64,000 nucleotides of DNA, from positions 35,205-99,204 of the forward strand of contig JAVEDI010000038.1 in the NCBI GenBank assembly GCA_030841035.1, given 5' to 3'. Below the pieces are notes generated by a model. The model was not told the DNA's origin, made no database searches, and was given only the letters and a program-made list of their open reading frames with translations. The position numbers and the translations under genes were made by a program. Positions 9,675-20,392 of this stretch are shown here, piece after piece; the stretch's first letter is position 1; every line of letters starts with the position of its first letter. This stretch comes from Actinomycetota bacterium (GTDB lineage Bacteria > Actinomycetota > Actinomycetes > JACCUZ01).

Positions 9675-9738
9675 GGGCGGTCGGTGTGCACCCACCGGCC
9701 GCCCTCGACGTACGACGCCGGGTGCACGCGCACCCGGC
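9675..9738. terminator. two GC-rich hairpins between convergent phoX and mce, probable bidirectional terminator
   Basis: 12-bp stem 9675-9686/9693-9704 (one G-U/mismatch) and perfect 9-bp stem 9717-9725/9730-9738. Confidence 0.55.
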
Positions 9739-9768
9739 CGGCCGCGTCGCCCTCCGGCCCACCCACGG

Positions 9769-10188
9769 TCAGTGCGGTCCGGGCGCCGCCTCGACCAGCT
9801 CGACAAGGACCCCGCCGGCGTCCTTGGGGTGCACGAAGTTGATGCGCGAGCCCGCCGTACCGCGGCGCGGCTCGTCGTAGAGCAGCCGCAGGCCGCGCGA
9901 TCGCAGCTCGGCGGTCGCTGCGTCGATGTCGTCGACGCCGTAGGCCACCTGCTGGATGCCCTCCCCGTTGCGCTCGAGGAACGTCGCGATGGTCGACTCC
10001 GGGGTCGCCGGGGCCAGCAGCTGGATGCACGACCCCGAGTCGCCCACGGCAAGCATCGCCTCGCGCACGCCCTGCTCCTCGTTGACCTCCTGGTGCACCA
10101 CGCGCATCCCGAAGGTGTTCTCGTAGAACGCGATCGCGGCGTCCAGGTCGCGTACGGCGAGGCCGACGTGGTCGATGCGGGTCAGCAT
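9769..10188 (-). CDS. mce: methylmalonyl/ethylmalonyl-CoA epimerase
   Basis: [41 protein letters not shown] (VOC fold); context. Confidence 0.93.
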   Translation of the reverse strand: MLTRIDHVGLAVRDLDAAIAFYENTFGMRVVHQEVNEEQGVREAMLAVGDSGSCIQLLAPATPESTIATFLERNGEGIQQVAYGVDDIDAATAELRSRGLRLLYDEPRRGTAGSRINFVHPKDAGGVLVELVEAAPGPH

Positions 10189-10286
10189 GCGGCTATCGTG
10201 ACAGCGCCGGGCAACCTCCCGGCAAGCAGCCCCGGTCCGGACCCCGACCGGGCCTGTTCACGACCGCTCACCGGCCGGAGGCACAG

Positions 10287-11501
<1,215 letters not shown>

Positions 11502-11503
11502 GC

Positions 11504-12484
11504 TTGGCCGCTCCCGACGTCCCGGTCCTCGTCCAGCGGGCACGCGAGGGCGACGCGCGGTCGGTCGCGCGCCTGATCTCCCTCGTCGAGGACGCGTCCC
11601 CGCTGCTGCGCGAGGCGATGGCGGCCCTGCTGCCGTACGGCGCTCGGGCGAGCGTCATCGGCGTCACCGGTGCGCCCGGCGTGGGCAAGTCCACCTCGAC
11701 CAGCGCGCTGGTGAGCGCGTTGCGCGCCCAGGACAAGCGCATCGGCGTGCTCGCCGTCGACCCCTCCTCGCCGTTCTCCGGCGGCGCGCTGCTCGGCGAC
11801 CGCGTCCGCATGCAGGACCACGCGCTGGATCCCAAGGTCTACATCCGCTCGATGGCCTCGCGGGGGCACCTGGGCGGGCTGTCGTGGTCGACCCCGCAGG
11901 CGCTGCGCGTCCTGGAGGCCGCGGGCTGTGACGTCGTGCTCGTCGAGACCGTGGGAGTCGGGCAGAGCGAGGTCGAGGTCGCCGGGCTCGCCGACACGAC
12001 GGTCGTGCTGCTCGCGCCGGGCATGGGTGACGCGATCCAGGCCGCCAAGGCGGGCATCCTCGAGGTCGGCGACGTCTACGTCGTGAACAAGGCCGACCGC
12101 GACGGCGCCGACGCGACCGTCCGCGAGCTGCGTCACATGCTCGGTCTCGGGGAGCGGCGGGCGGCCCACGACTGGCGCCCGCCGATCATCAAGACCGTGG
12201 CCTCGCGCGGGGAGGGGCTCGACGAGCTGGTCGAGGCGCTGGAGAAGCACCGCGGGTGGCTGGAGGAGACCGGCGAGCTGCGTCGGCGTCGCCGGCGGCG
12301 CGCGGCCGAGGAGATCGAGGCGATCGCGGTGACGTCGCTGCGGCGCCAGATGGGCGACCCGCGCCGCGGCCCGGCACTGGAGGAGCTGGCCGAGCGGGTC
12401 GTGTCGGCCCAGCTCGATCCCTACGCCGCTGCCGACCAGCTGGTCGAGGGCCTCACGGCCACCGGCACGGTGCCGCCAGGCTGA
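11504..12484 (+). CDS. meaB: acyl-CoA mutase-associated GTPase MeaB/ArgK
   Basis: GAPGVGKST, AVDPSSPFSGGALLGDRVRM, ETVGVGQSE, NKAD. Confidence 0.95.
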   Translation: MAAPDVPVLVQRAREGDARSVARLISLVEDASPLLREAMAALLPYGARASVIGVTGAPGVGKSTSTSALVSALRAQDKRIGVLAVDPSSPFSGGALLGDRVRMQDHALDPKVYIRSMASRGHLGGLSWSTPQALRVLEAAGCDVVLVETVGVGQSEVEVAGLADTTVVLLAPGMGDAIQAAKAGILEVGDVYVVNKADRDGADATVRELRHMLGLGERRAAHDWRPPIIKTVASRGEGLDELVEALEKHRGWLEETGELRRRRRRRAAEEIEAIAVTSLRRQMGDPRRGPALEELAERVVSAQLDPYAAADQLVEGLTATGTVPPG

Positions 12485-12485
12485 G

Positions 12486-13568
12486 TCAGCCCGAGCGACG
12501 GGCACCCGACGGGGCCGTGGGCAACGACCCGCTCGGCGCGGGCGCCGGGTCGGTGGCCGACGTCGTGGACGGCGAGGGGTCGGCGCTCGGCGTGACCGGA
12601 GACGTGGCGGTCGAGGCACCCGGGTCCGGTACGCAGGTGAACGTCACGTCCTGGGTCACCACGTCGCCCTGGGTGAGCTCCAGCGCCGTGGTCGCACCCC
12701 CTGCCGCCAGTGTGTGGCTGCCGGCGGGCAGGCCCGCGACGGTGAAGGTCTCGCCGGCACGCAGGCCGGCGAGGCGCACCGACTGCTCCCGGTTGTTGTC
12801 AAGCCAGACCTGGACCGCGAAGCTGTCGTCCGGGGCGCAGGGTCCGACGGTCTGCACGACGCCGCTCACCGTGGCACCGCGCGCCACCACCGTCGTCGTA
12901 CGCCGCTTGCCGCACGCCGGCACGACCGGGTGGGGCGCGTCCTCGGGGCCGAGGAAGGTCGCCGCCCAGCCGGCTCCGACGGACGGCGGCGGTGCGTCAT
13001 GGTCCAGCTGCCAGGTCGCCAGCAGCACCGGCGCCCGCGGGCACGGGATGTCGAAGTTGCCCTGCGCGTCGGTGACCGCCGCGATGCGCCCGTCGGACCG
13101 GTAGACCACCCGGTTGCGGGCGCCCGGCTGGACGAGCAGCCCCACGACCGGTGCTCCGTCGGCGTCCACGACGTGCCCCCGCAGCGCGATGATCGGCGGC
13201 GCGCTGCTGGTGGCGTCGGTGGGGGTCCCGGACCCGGTCGGGGCCGGGACCGCCGCCGGGGGCTTGCTGGTCGCGGGACCCGCGGCGTCCTGCTGGGTAG
13301 CCGTGCCGTTCCCGGCCGTCTCCGTTGTCGTGATCGTCGTCGTACCGACGCCGGCGCTGCCGCCGGCCTGCGCGAACGTCTGGGTGTCGTTGACGGAGCT
13401 GCCGAGGGCGAACGCGCCGCTGGCCACCAGGACGAGCGCAGCCACCGAGGAGAGCACGGCCAGTCCCTGACGGCGGCGCCGGGCTCGGGCGCTGTGCATC
13501 ATCCGGTCGAAGGATCCGGGCGGCGGAGGAAGGGGGTCGATGTCGCGGTGGTGGGGCAGCTTGGTCAT
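12486..13568 (-). CDS. single-pass membrane protein, probable anti-sigma factor with extracytoplasmic carboxypeptidase-regulatory-like beta domains
   Basis: ATGA overlap with the ECF gene; ARARRRRQ then TM helix, T/P/A-rich linker, LRGHVVDADGAPV...TDAQGNF, several Cys. Confidence 0.6.
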   Translation of the reverse strand: MTKLPHHRDIDPLPPPPGSFDRMMHSARARRRRQGLAVLSSVAALVLVASGAFALGSSVNDTQTFAQAGGSAGVGTTTITTTETAGNGTATQQDAAGPATSKPPAAVPAPTGSGTPTDATSSAPPIIALRGHVVDADGAPVVGLLVQPGARNRVVYRSDGRIAAVTDAQGNFDIPCPRAPVLLATWQLDHDAPPPSVGAGWAATFLGPEDAPHPVVPACGKRRTTTVVARGATVSGVVQTVGPCAPDDSFAVQVWLDNNREQSVRLAGLRAGETFTVAGLPAGSHTLAAGGATTALELTQGDVVTQDVTFTCVPDPGASTATSPVTPSADPSPSTTSATDPAPAPSGSLPTAPSGARRSG

Positions 13569-14140
13569 GCCTCGTGCTCCAGCCAGGCAAGCAGCACACG
13601 CCGCGCGTCGGACAGGCTTCGCTTGATGGTCCCCTCGGGGCGGTGCAAGGCGCGCGCGACGTCGCTGATGGACATGTCGGCGTAGTAGTGCAGCAGCACC
13701 GGGGTGCGCATCCGTTCGTCCAGCTGGTCGACGAGGTCGCGAAGGCTGCCGTCGGAAGGGGGGCTCGACATCGGCGTGACCAGCTGCAGCCGGGCGTTGA
13801 GCCGCCGGTCCCGCTGCTGGCGTCGCCAGCAGTCGCGGGCCAGGTTCGTGGCCGTGACGTAGAGGAAGCCCCGGGGGTCCTTGACCCGGCTCCACCGCGA
13901 CATCATCCGCGTGAACGCCTCGGACGCGATGTCGTGCGCGGTGTCGCGGTCGCCCACCAGGTGCCCGGCCCAGCCGGCGAGCGGCGCGTAGTGCGCGTCC
14001 CACAGCGCTCGGGCCGCCTCGTCGCGGGCGGACCGGGACAGGGCGCTGGGCAGCACCTCCGCGGCGCTGTCCGGGCGCGCCTCGGCGGCCGCCTGGGCCA
14101 TCGGGGGGATGGTCCCCACGACGACGGTCGCAGCGTCCAC
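13565..14140 (-). CDS. ECF sigma-70 factor
   Basis: region 2 HYAPL...TAHDIASEAFTR...NLARDCWRR; region 4 LLHYYADMSISDVARALHRPEGTIKRSLSDAR; GTG 14140 with AGGAAG (ATG 14101 is the alternative). Confidence 0.88.
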   Translation of the reverse strand: MDAATVVVGTIPPMAQAAAEARPDSAAEVLPSALSRSARDEAARALWDAHYAPLAGWAGHLVGDRDTAHDIASEAFTRMMSRWSRVKDPRGFLYVTATNLARDCWRRQQRDRRLNARLQLVTPMSSPPSDGSLRDLVDQLDERMRTPVLLHYYADMSISDVARALHRPEGTIKRSLSDARRVLLAWLEHEA

Positions 14141-14357
14141 GGGTCTTCCTGTCGCCGATGCGTCGCTTTCCGGCGCGCCCGCCGGATCCTGCCCTGGTCG
14201 CACCAAGGACGCAGGAACCGCCCGTCCGGTTCGGTGCTCCACCCGCCCGAGAGTAACGGCGCGCAGTTCGCCCGGGGGGCGCAGCGCCTCCGCGGCTACC
14301 CTTGTGTCAGTTCTGCCGCCCGCTGGGCGGTCGACCGTCACAGCTGTGAGGAGCCCC

Positions 14358-16043
14358 GTGGACGCTGAGCAGATCCGAGCCGGGCGTGATCGTTGGCAGG
14401 CGCGCTTCACCGCGGCGCAGCGGGCGGGGCGGGTGGCTGACCGGGACTTCACGACGCTCTCCGGTGAGGCGGTGGCGCCGGTCTACGGGCCGGCGGACGG
14501 GGAGAGCGTCGCGGGGTTCGAGCGGATCGGGTGGCCGGGGGAGTTCCCGTTCACGCGCGGGCTGCATCCCACCGGCTACCGCGGGCGGACGTGGACGATC
14601 CGGCAGTTCGCCGGGTTCGGCAGCGCGGCGCAGACCAACGCGCGCTACAAGATGATCCTGGGCGCCGGTGGCGGGGGGCTGTCCGTGGCGTTCGACATGC
14701 CGACCCTGATGGGCCGCGACTCCGATGACCCGCGGTCGCTGGGGGAGGTGGGTCACTGCGGGGTGGCGATCGACTCGGCGGCTGACATGCAGGTGCTCTT
14801 CGACGGGATCCCGCTCGGTGAGGTGACGACCTCGATGACGATCAGCGGCCCCGCCGTACCCGTGTTCTGCATGTATCTGGTGGCCGCCGAGCGGCAGGGC
14901 GTCGACCCGGGCGTGCTGAACGGGACGTTGCAGACCGACATCTTCAAGGAGTACATCGCGCAGAAGGAGTGGCTGTTCCCGCCGGCGCCGCACCTGCGGC
15001 TGATCGGTGACCTGATGCAGTACTGCGTGGAGGGGATCCCGGACTACAAGCCGTTGTCGGTGTCCGGCTACCACATCCGGGAGGCCGGTTCGACGGCCGC
15101 CCAGGAGCTGGCGTTCACGTTGGCCGACGGTTTCGGTTATGTGGAGCTGGGCTTGGCGCGGGGTCTGGACGTGGACGAGTTCGCGCCGGGCTTGTCGTTC
15201 TTCTTCGACGCGCACCTGGACTTCTTCGAGGAGATCGCGAAGTTCCGGGCGGCGCGGCGGATCTGGGCGCGGTGGATGCGTGACGTCTACGGGGCGCGTA
15301 GCGAGAAGGCGCAGTGGCTGCGGTTCCACACCCAGACCGCGGGGGTGTCGTTGACGGCGCAGCAGCCGGACAACAACATCGTGCGTACGGCGCTGGAGGC
15401 GCTCTCGGCGGTGCTGGGCGGGACGAACTCGTTGCACACCAACGCGCTGGACGAGGTGCTGGCGCTGCCGAGCGAGAAGGCGGCGGAGATCGCGGTGCGC
15501 ACCCAGCAGGTGATCATGGAGGAGACCGGCGTGGCCAACGTCGCCGACCCGCTGGGCGGGTCGTGGTACGTCGAGGCGCTGACCGACCGGATCGAGGCCG
15601 AGGCGGAGGCGGTGTTCGCGCGGATCCTGGCGATGGGCTCCGACGGGTCGATGACCTCGGGGATCCTGCGCGGGATCGAGGACGGCTGGTTCATGTCCGA
15701 GATCGCCGAGGCGGCGTTCACCTACCAGACCGCGCTGGAGAAGGGCGAGAAGAAGATCGTCGGCGTCAACTGCCATACGAGCACCGTGGAGGAGCCGTTG
15801 GAGATCCTGCGGGTCTCCCACGAGGTGGAGCGCGAGCAGAGGCGGGTGCTCGCCCAGCGCCGGGCCGCCCGTGACGGGGCGGCGGTCGAGGCGGCCCTGC
15901 ACCGGCTGGTCCAGGTTGCGCGGACCGAGGCCACCATGGTGCCCGCGATGCTCGACGCGGCCCGGGCCGAGGCCACCCTCGGCGAGATCTGCGGCGCCCT
16001 CAAGGCCGAATGGGGCGACTACCGGGAGCCCGCCCGGTTCTGA
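14358..16043 (+). CDS. icmA: isobutyryl-CoA mutase large subunit (B12-dependent)
   Basis: [10 protein letters not shown] (Phe where MCM has Tyr), [14 protein letters not shown] (Gln where MCM has Arg), SGYHIREAG; no B12-binding domain; GAGGAG RBS before GTG 14358. Confidence 0.88.
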   Translation: MDAEQIRAGRDRWQARFTAAQRAGRVADRDFTTLSGEAVAPVYGPADGESVAGFERIGWPGEFPFTRGLHPTGYRGRTWTIRQFAGFGSAAQTNARYKMILGAGGGGLSVAFDMPTLMGRDSDDPRSLGEVGHCGVAIDSAADMQVLFDGIPLGEVTTSMTISGPAVPVFCMYLVAAERQGVDPGVLNGTLQTDIFKEYIAQKEWLFPPAPHLRLIGDLMQYCVEGIPDYKPLSVSGYHIREAGSTAAQELAFTLADGFGYVELGLARGLDVDEFAPGLSFFFDAHLDFFEEIAKFRAARRIWARWMRDVYGARSEKAQWLRFHTQTAGVSLTAQQPDNNIVRTALEALSAVLGGTNSLHTNALDEVLALPSEKAAEIAVRTQQVIMEETGVANVADPLGGSWYVEALTDRIEAEAEAVFARILAMGSDGSMTSGILRGIEDGWFMSEIAEAAFTYQTALEKGEKKIVGVNCHTSTVEEPLEILRVSHEVEREQRRVLAQRRAARDGAAVEAALHRLVQVARTEATMVPAMLDAARAEATLGEICGALKAEWGDYREPARF

Positions 16044-16110
16044 GCCGGCGGCGGGACCGTCGGGCCCTACCGGGGACGCAGGGGTTGCGCCGCTGGGCCA
16101 GAATGGGCCC

Positions 16111-17055
16111 ATGAGCCAGCCGAGCTTCAACCCACACGGCGCCGTCGACCTCTCCACGTTCGCTCAGCGGTCCGCACCGGACGGCTCCCCAGCAGGGACG
16201 CGAGCCGGCGGAGCCGGGGGGACCGCGACGCTGCCCGGCGTGGTGATCGACGTGACCGAGGCCGACTTCCAGAGCGCGGTGATCCAGACCTCGATGACCG
16301 TGCCGGTGGTCATCGACTTCTGGGCCGACTGGTGCGGCCCTTGCAAGGCGCTGAGCCCCGTCCTCGAGCGCCTCGCCGAGGCCGACGCCGGCCGCTGGGT
16401 CCTTGCCAAGGTCGACGTCGATGCCAACCCGAGGCTGGGCCAGGCGTTCCAGGTCCAGTCGATCCCATCGGTCTTCGCCGTCATCAAGGGCCAGCCGGTG
16501 CCGTTGTTCCAGGGCGCCTACCCCGAGCAGGAGGTGCGGGCCTACCTCGACGAGCTGCTGCGGGTGGCCGAGGCCAACGGCGTCAACGGTCGCGTGCAGG
16601 TCGGCGACGCCCCTGCCGAGGGGCCGGCCGAGGAGCCCGGCCCGGATCCGCGCTACGACGAGGCCTACGACGCCATCGAGCGCGGCGACCTGGACGCGGC
16701 CGCGGCTGCCTACCGCTCGTTGCTCGACCAGGCACCGGCCGACGTGGAGGCGAAGGCCGGCCTCGGCCAGGTCGAGCTGTTGCGACGTACCCAGGACCTT
16801 GACCCCACGACGGTCCATGCGCAGGCGGCCCGGTCACCCGACGACATCGCCGCGCAGCTGCAGGCGGCCGACCTCGAGCTGCTGGGCGGTCAGGTCCAGG
16901 AGGCGTTCAACCGGCTCATCGAGGTGGTGCGCCGCACGAACGGTGACGAGCGCAACCAGGCCCGCGAGCACCTCGTGCAGCTCTTCGAGCTGGTCGGCAA
17001 CGAGGACCCCCACGTCATCAAGGCACGCACGGCGCTGGCCAACGCGCTCTTCTAG
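16111..17055 (+). CDS. thioredoxin-TPR co-chaperone (YbbN/CnoX-like)
   Basis: DFWADWCGPCK, VQSIP, C-terminal TPR helices ending ARTALANALF. Confidence 0.9.
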   Translation: MSQPSFNPHGAVDLSTFAQRSAPDGSPAGTRAGGAGGTATLPGVVIDVTEADFQSAVIQTSMTVPVVIDFWADWCGPCKALSPVLERLAEADAGRWVLAKVDVDANPRLGQAFQVQSIPSVFAVIKGQPVPLFQGAYPEQEVRAYLDELLRVAEANGVNGRVQVGDAPAEGPAEEPGPDPRYDEAYDAIERGDLDAAAAAYRSLLDQAPADVEAKAGLGQVELLRRTQDLDPTTVHAQAARSPDDIAAQLQAADLELLGGQVQEAFNRLIEVVRRTNGDERNQAREHLVQLFELVGNEDPHVIKARTALANALF

Positions 17056-17291
17056 CGCGCCACCGACGGCCGAGCGGCCGCGTCACGCGGCGGACGACGC
17101 CGCGTCTCGCCGTCCCGGTGCGTGTCGCGCGCGTATAGCGCGCGTTGCCCGGATGTGGACGGCGTCGGGAGGCGCGGCGTCCGACGTTAACCGCACGTGA
17201 AAAGTCCGTTGCGTTCGCCTACGACCCCTTGTGCCTGACTCGAGCCTGGGCGGAAATGGAGGTGCTCCCCACCCCCCTCCGAGGAGAGCCC

Positions 17292-18116
17292 GTGAAGCTC
17301 GACATCGTCATCCCGGCTCACAACGAACAACACCGCATCGACACCACCCTCGCCGACTACCGGGCCGCCTGCACCTCCGCGGACACCCGCTTCCTCGTTG
17401 CGCTCGACGACTGCACCGATGACACCGCAGCAGTGGTCGCCTGGCACGCCGACCAGGACGCGCGCGTCGTCGCGCGGCCGTATCCGCGGCTCGGGAAGGG
17501 CGGCGTGCTCCTCGAGACGTTCCGCTGGTCCAGGGCCGACCTGGTGGCGTTCGTCGACGCCGACTGCGCCACCCCACCCGCCGAGCTGCTGCGCCTCATC
17601 GAGGTGCTCGACCAGCTGGAGGCCGACATCGTGATCGCCTCCCGCTGGCACCCGACGTCGGTGCTGCCCGTGCAGCGCAGCATCGGCCGCCGGTTGGCGA
17701 GCGCCGGGTTCTCGCTCGCCGTACGTCGGATATTCCGGCTGCCGTTCCGCGACACCCAGTGCGGCGCCAAGGTCGTGCGACGCACGACCGCCGAACGTGT
17801 CGTACCGCTGCTGTCCTCGCGCGACTTCGTCTTCGACGTCGACCTGCTGCTGACCGCGCGCAGCCTCGGGTTCCGCATCGCCGACGTCCCGACGATCTGG
17901 ATCGACCGGGCCGGCTCCCGGGTGCGCCCGCTCGCGGACTCCGGTCGGATGGCCGCCTCGCTCGCCCGGTTGTGGCTGCACCACCGGGTCGTGCCGGTGC
18001 GGATGCCGGCCAGCCCCATCTTCGCCGACGCGGGCGGTGCTCCGTCGCTGCAGCGCGTCATCGACCTCACCGGGCGCGAGCGCGTGACGGCTGCGGAGGG
18101 CACCTATGCGGCCTGA
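17292..18116 (+). CDS. GT2 glycosyltransferase, polyprenyl-phosphate-sugar synthase (DPM/ALG5-like)
   Basis: IVIPAHNEQ, DDCTDDT, GKGG, FVDAD, IASR, DTQCGAK, FDVDLL; GAGGAG RBS before GTG 17292. Confidence 0.88.
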   Translation: MKLDIVIPAHNEQHRIDTTLADYRAACTSADTRFLVALDDCTDDTAAVVAWHADQDARVVARPYPRLGKGGVLLETFRWSRADLVAFVDADCATPPAELLRLIEVLDQLEADIVIASRWHPTSVLPVQRSIGRRLASAGFSLAVRRIFRLPFRDTQCGAKVVRRTTAERVVPLLSSRDFVFDVDLLLTARSLGFRIADVPTIWIDRAGSRVRPLADSGRMAASLARLWLHHRVVPVRMPASPIFADAGGAPSLQRVIDLTGRERVTAAEGTYAA

Positions 18117-19311
18117 CGTCACCCTCGTCAGCCCTTATCCCGCAACAGGAACCCGGCACAGCGGCGTCAGCGGCGTCGCGTCGTACACCGCCAACCTCGC
18201 ACACGGCCTGCACGACAACGGAGCAGCGGTGACGATCGTCGCACCGCACGAGACGGGGCAGCCACACGACTCGTGGGACGGCCCGGTCCGGGTGCTGCGG
18301 CGCTTCGGCCGCGGAGCGGCAGCGGTGCCTGCGGCCCTGGCCGCAGCTCGGCGGACGGGTGCCGGTGTCGTGCACCTGCAGCACGAGCTGTTCCTGTACG
18401 GCGGACCCGCGGGTCTGCCGCGCCAGCTGCTGGCGCTGCGCCGTCCCGGACCGCCGACGGTGCTCACGATGCACCAGGTCGTCGACCCCGTCACGGTCGA
18501 CCGGCACTACACGCGGCTGCACCGGCTGCAGGTCCCACCGGTCGCGGCCCGTGCCGCGCTGGCTGTCCTGCAGCACACCCTGCCGCGGCTGGCCGACGCG
18601 ACCGTCGTCCACGAGGAGGCGTTCCGCCGGGTCGTCCCCGCGGCGGTCAGCCTCCCGCACGGCATCGAGACACCGGCGCTCGACCGGGGCGCGGCAGCGG
18701 CGGCCCGACGGACCCTGGGGTTGCCGCAGGACCGGCTCGTCGTGCTGTGCTTCGGGTTCCTGGCCCCGTACAAGGGCCTGGAGACCGCGCTCGAGGCGGC
18801 CGGTCTCGCCGGACCTCGGGTACTGCTGGTCGTCGCCGGAGGGGACCACCCGCGACTCGCGGAGCAGCGCGACACCTACGGTCTGATGCTGCGCCGGACC
18901 TACGGTGACATCGCGCGGTTCACCGGCTACGTCCCCGACCGCGATGTCTCCTCGTGGTTCCTCGCGGCCGACGTGGCGGCCTTCCCCTACCCCAGCCCGC
19001 ACGCCGCGAGCGGCGCTCTGGCACTCGCACTCGCCCACCGCACCCCTGCCCTGCTGTCCCCGGAGCTGGCGCGCACCGCGGCGGCGCCGGCCGTGCTGGC
19101 CGTTCCCGGCGGCGCGGCCGGCCTGGCCGCCCGGCTGCTGCGGCTCGCGAGCGAGCCGGCGCAGCTCGACCGGCTCCGCAGCGCCACTGCAGCGATGGCG
19201 GACGGCCGCTCCTGGCCCGCCGTGGCCCGCCGGCACCTCGACCTCTATGAAGGGCTCATCCGTGACCAGAATCCTGCTCGTCGGCGCCTTCGGTCAGCGC
19301 AACCCGGGTGA
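18106..19311 (+). CDS. GT4 (GT-B) glycosyltransferase
   Basis: SGVASYT, HLQHE, TMHQ, PHGI, FGFLAPYKGLE, ADVAAFPY...SGALALA. Confidence 0.88.
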   Translation: MRPDVTLVSPYPATGTRHSGVSGVASYTANLAHGLHDNGAAVTIVAPHETGQPHDSWDGPVRVLRRFGRGAAAVPAALAAARRTGAGVVHLQHELFLYGGPAGLPRQLLALRRPGPPTVLTMHQVVDPVTVDRHYTRLHRLQVPPVAARAALAVLQHTLPRLADATVVHEEAFRRVVPAAVSLPHGIETPALDRGAAAAARRTLGLPQDRLVVLCFGFLAPYKGLETALEAAGLAGPRVLLVVAGGDHPRLAEQRDTYGLMLRRTYGDIARFTGYVPDRDVSSWFLAADVAAFPYPSPHAASGALALALAHRTPALLSPELARTAAAPAVLAVPGGAAGLAARLLRLASEPAQLDRLRSATAAMADGRSWPAVARRHLDLYEGLIRDQNPARRRLRSAQPG

Positions 19312-20392
19312 CGAAGCCCTGCTCGAAGCCTTCCTGCTTGCTCTGCACGGCTTCGAGGTGACGGTCGCGTCCAGCGATCCCGTCCTCACCAGCTCCCAGC
19401 ACGGCGTGCGTGCGGTGCGCAGCACCGCAGCGGCCACCGGCCGTGCCCTGCTCGACGCCGACGCCCTCGTGTACGGCGGTGGCACGATCTTCAAGGCTCT
19501 CGATGCCGCCACCGGCCGGCCGCCGAGGGCGTTGCTGCGCAATGCGCTGCTGCTGGCGCGGGCCGCCCGGGCGCTGGGCCGGCCGGTCGCGATGGTGGGC
19601 GCGGGCGCGGCCCCGCTGCCCGACCGCGCCTCGATGGTGCTCGCCGGCCAGCTGGCCCGCGCGGCCGACCTGCTGGTGCTGCGCGACGACGAGTCCGCGA
19701 CCATCCTGGCGGCCGCCGGCGCTCCGGTGCCGCTGCGGGTGGGCGCCGACCCGGTGTGGACGCTGCTCGACGAACCGCCGCAGCCCACCGCGCGCGGCGA
19801 CGACCTGCTCGTCGCCCTCTCGACGTACGCCGTCGGCGGCGCCCGCTGCGCCGCAGACCTGGCCGACGTGCTCGCCGTTGCCGTCCGTTCGGTTCCCGAC
19901 CTCGGGAAGATCCGGCTGCAGCCCTGGCAGACGGGGCAGCGCGGCTGCGATGACTTCGACCTGGCCCGGCTGGTCGCCGCGCGGCTCACCGATCTGGGGT
20001 CGCGGGTGGTCGTGGAGGTGCCACCGCCGTCGGTTCGCGTCGCTCGCGACGGGATGCGTTCGGCCGGCATGGTGCTCTCGATGCGGATGCACGGCCTGGT
20101 CGCGGCGGGCGCGGCCGGCAGCCCTGTCGTGGCCCTGGCCCACGAACCGAAGCTCGGTGCCCTCGCCCGACGACTCGGGCAGGAGGCGGTTCCTGGGGAC
20201 GCCACGGGTGAGCAGATCGCGGCGGCCGCGCAACGGGCCCGCGCCGGTGGCGGCGTGAGTCCCGGTGCGGTGCGCGCCGAGATCGCCGCCGCGGCGGCCA
20301 CCATGCGGCTGCTGCGCATGCTCCTGACGGGCGGCGAGGAGTCCGCCGGCGTCGACGGGCTGTCGCTGCAGCCCGCGGGGGTCCTGCGATGA
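19262..20392 (+). CDS. polysaccharide pyruvyltransferase (CsaB/WcaK family)
   Basis: GAFGQRNPGDEALL, YGGGTIF, LRDDES, ADPV, SMRMHGLV. Confidence 0.85.
   Translation: MTRILLVGAFGQRNPGDEALLEAFLLALHGFEVTVASSDPVLTSSQHGVRAVRSTAAATGRALLDADALVYGGGTIFKALDAATGRPPRALLRNALLLARAARALGRPVAMVGAGAAPLPDRASMVLAGQLARAADLLVLRDDESATILAAAGAPVPLRVGADPVWTLLDEPPQPTARGDDLLVALSTYAVGGARCAADLADVLAVAVRSVPDLGKIRLQPWQTGQRGCDDFDLARLVAARLTDLGSRVVVEVPPPSVRVARDGMRSAGMVLSMRMHGLVAAGAAGSPVVALAHEPKLGALARRLGQEAVPGDATGEQIAAAAQRARAGGGVSPGAVRAEIAAAAATMRLLRMLLTGGEESAGVDGLSLQPAGVLR

Noticed and set aside
5957-10052. Long antisense ORFs (5957-7888 +, 8094-10052 -) and many similar ones across the window
   Set aside because: Shadow ORFs of real genes, expected in high-GC DNA; no recognisable motifs
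14358-16043. Calling the mutase methylmalonyl-CoA mutase
   Set aside because: The RQFAGF and Gln specificity residues and the missing B12 domain fit IcmA
17056-17291. Leader of the glycan operon as a c-di-GMP or other riboswitch (GGAGG...CCTCC stem before the RBS, CGCGCG runs)
   Set aside because: No recognisable riboswitch consensus; short GC stems arise by chance. An Rfam scan would settle it
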